This document shows positions 62,961-64,000 of a stretch of DNA of 64,000 bases, in pieces. The notes below the pieces were generated by a model. It did not search any database. It saw only the letters and a list, made by a program, of their open reading frames with translations, and was not told where the DNA came from. The stretch is taken from assembly GCA_016748015.1 (NCBI GenBank), contig JAAOMT010000128.1, forward strand, positions 1,681,538-1,745,537. Reading direction: 5' to 3'. How positions within the stretch are numbered: position 1 is the first letter of the stretch; each line of letters begins with the position of its first letter. The stretch is from Geosiphon pyriformis uo1 (taxonomy: Eukaryota > Fungi > Glomeromycota). The position numbers and the translations under genes are program-made.

Positions 62961-63476
62961 TAATGCAAATAATATACCAAAGAATCCGAATTTACATACA
63001 ACAGATCTAACTTTCTCAAAATTGAGCCAATAAAAACTTTAGGAGTTATCATTTTAAATTCTAAACTGCCAACTTTAGAAATAAGGATTTTCAAACTATT
63101 CAGACCCAAATCTACAATCTTGTTTTCTATCACAGAAGATGAAGGAGAAAGAGATGGCCATAAAATATTCAAAACCATATCAATATCTAATATTGACAGT
63201 ATATAGAATAGGAATAACCAGAAGACCAACTTGAGAAACAGACACCAGAAACACCAGCTTTACACCATTTAATCTGTGCATAATACTTGACACTTGATCA
63301 GCCAGCAGTTCTAAAAAGTGTTTTAGTAAAGCCAAACAATCATTAATTGAAGAACTCTCTTGAGCAACCAGTGTGCACTCTTTATTATTTGAGGCATTAT
63401 AAGAAGGAAAACCAGATTCTGAACCAGAACTGAAATAAAAACCATCAGAGGAAGAGGCAAATGAAACTATCTGCAC
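62957..63476 (-). pseudogene. LINE2 ORF1 C-terminal remnant
   Basis: CLALLKHFLELLADQVS and LGLNSLKILISKVGSLE match LINE1 ORF1. Confidence 0.8.
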
Positions 63477-64000
63477 TGTTACTCTTAAAATATAGGAAGT
63501 ATATTAGCATATAAATTAGCCAATTAGAAGTAGTCATAGTAAATATGAAATTCCAGAATTCCTCTCAAAAGAATTGCAGGATTCCAAGAATTTCAGGATT
63601 CTTATATAAAAAATTACAAAATTCCAGAATTACAGAATTTCTGGTGTAAAAAATTGAGAAATTAAAGAATCTCAATTATGTATATATAGTAATAACATTA
63701 AAAGTAGAAAAAAAGAAGATCTCTTAGTTTAAATTTTATTTAAGCAATCTTCTAAATTACAAATATCAATAAATAATTATTTGTTATCTCAATCTATTCT
63801 CCATTATTAACACTTTATGTTGATAGTACTTCATACTTGACCACACTGGAACAATAGTTCTTGATCATGACTATTGACAGAATACTAACTTAATTGCCTT
63901 GGCTTATTTTTTTTTGTTATCTTTTCTTTCTTTTATTTTTTCTTTTATTGTTGTATACTAATTGATTAAGAATTAAGTGCTAAGTTACTGATGTTAGGGT
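63477..64000 (+). mobile_element. LTR H (E-family related), inserted in LINE2 ORF1; runs off the window
   Basis: Starts tgttactc; gaattccag array, TATA and TGATCA hairpin as in the E LTRs. Confidence 0.85.

Larger units (their letters stand above)
58128..63476 (-). mobile_element. Second LINE of the same lineage (more decayed); 5' part displaced by LTR H
   Basis: A-rich tail at ~58128-58146; 3' UTR similar to the first LINE; ORF2 and ORF1 C-terminus homologous throughout. Confidence 0.9.

Overview
Eukaryotic, transposon-dense DNA, most likely fungal. The repeat proteins resemble, from memory and unverified, those of Glomeromycotina/Geosiphon-type genomes. There is one intact host gene (minus strand, four exons, about 1669 aa, R/E/D mixed-charge protein with one WW domain, 43942-49206). 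Almost everything else is nested retroelements, most of which I could delimit from LTR termini and target-site duplications (TSDs). An old Gypsy A (~250-1525 and 38033-43214) contains Gypsy B (1526-38028). B contains a full-length RNase H-bearing LINE (4518-20765), a solo LTR D (24568-25382) and Gypsy E (25939-35847). The LINE is split by a young Gypsy C (9324-18775). A's 3' LTR contains an inverted solo LTR G (42352-43092). To the right of the host gene lie Gypsy F (minus, 50027-57741) and a second LINE (minus, ~58128-63476) interrupted by LTR H. The most notable signal is the architecture shared by these LTR elements. Pol ends in a stop right after RNase H. The integrase, which has a GIN1/Ginger-like N-terminus, is a separate ORF with its own start. 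A third conserved ORF of unknown function follows and ends at the PPT. TSDs are 4 bp with a central TG/CA. Four of the five elements carry a Cys-rich domain plus a dUTPase between protease and RT. Several LTR families share a palindromic-loop (TGATCA) hairpin and a 19-nt pre-PPT motif. Repeats decay almost entirely by C>T/G>A changes, while the host gene is spared. The interior of element C is mis-ordered by assembly gaps.
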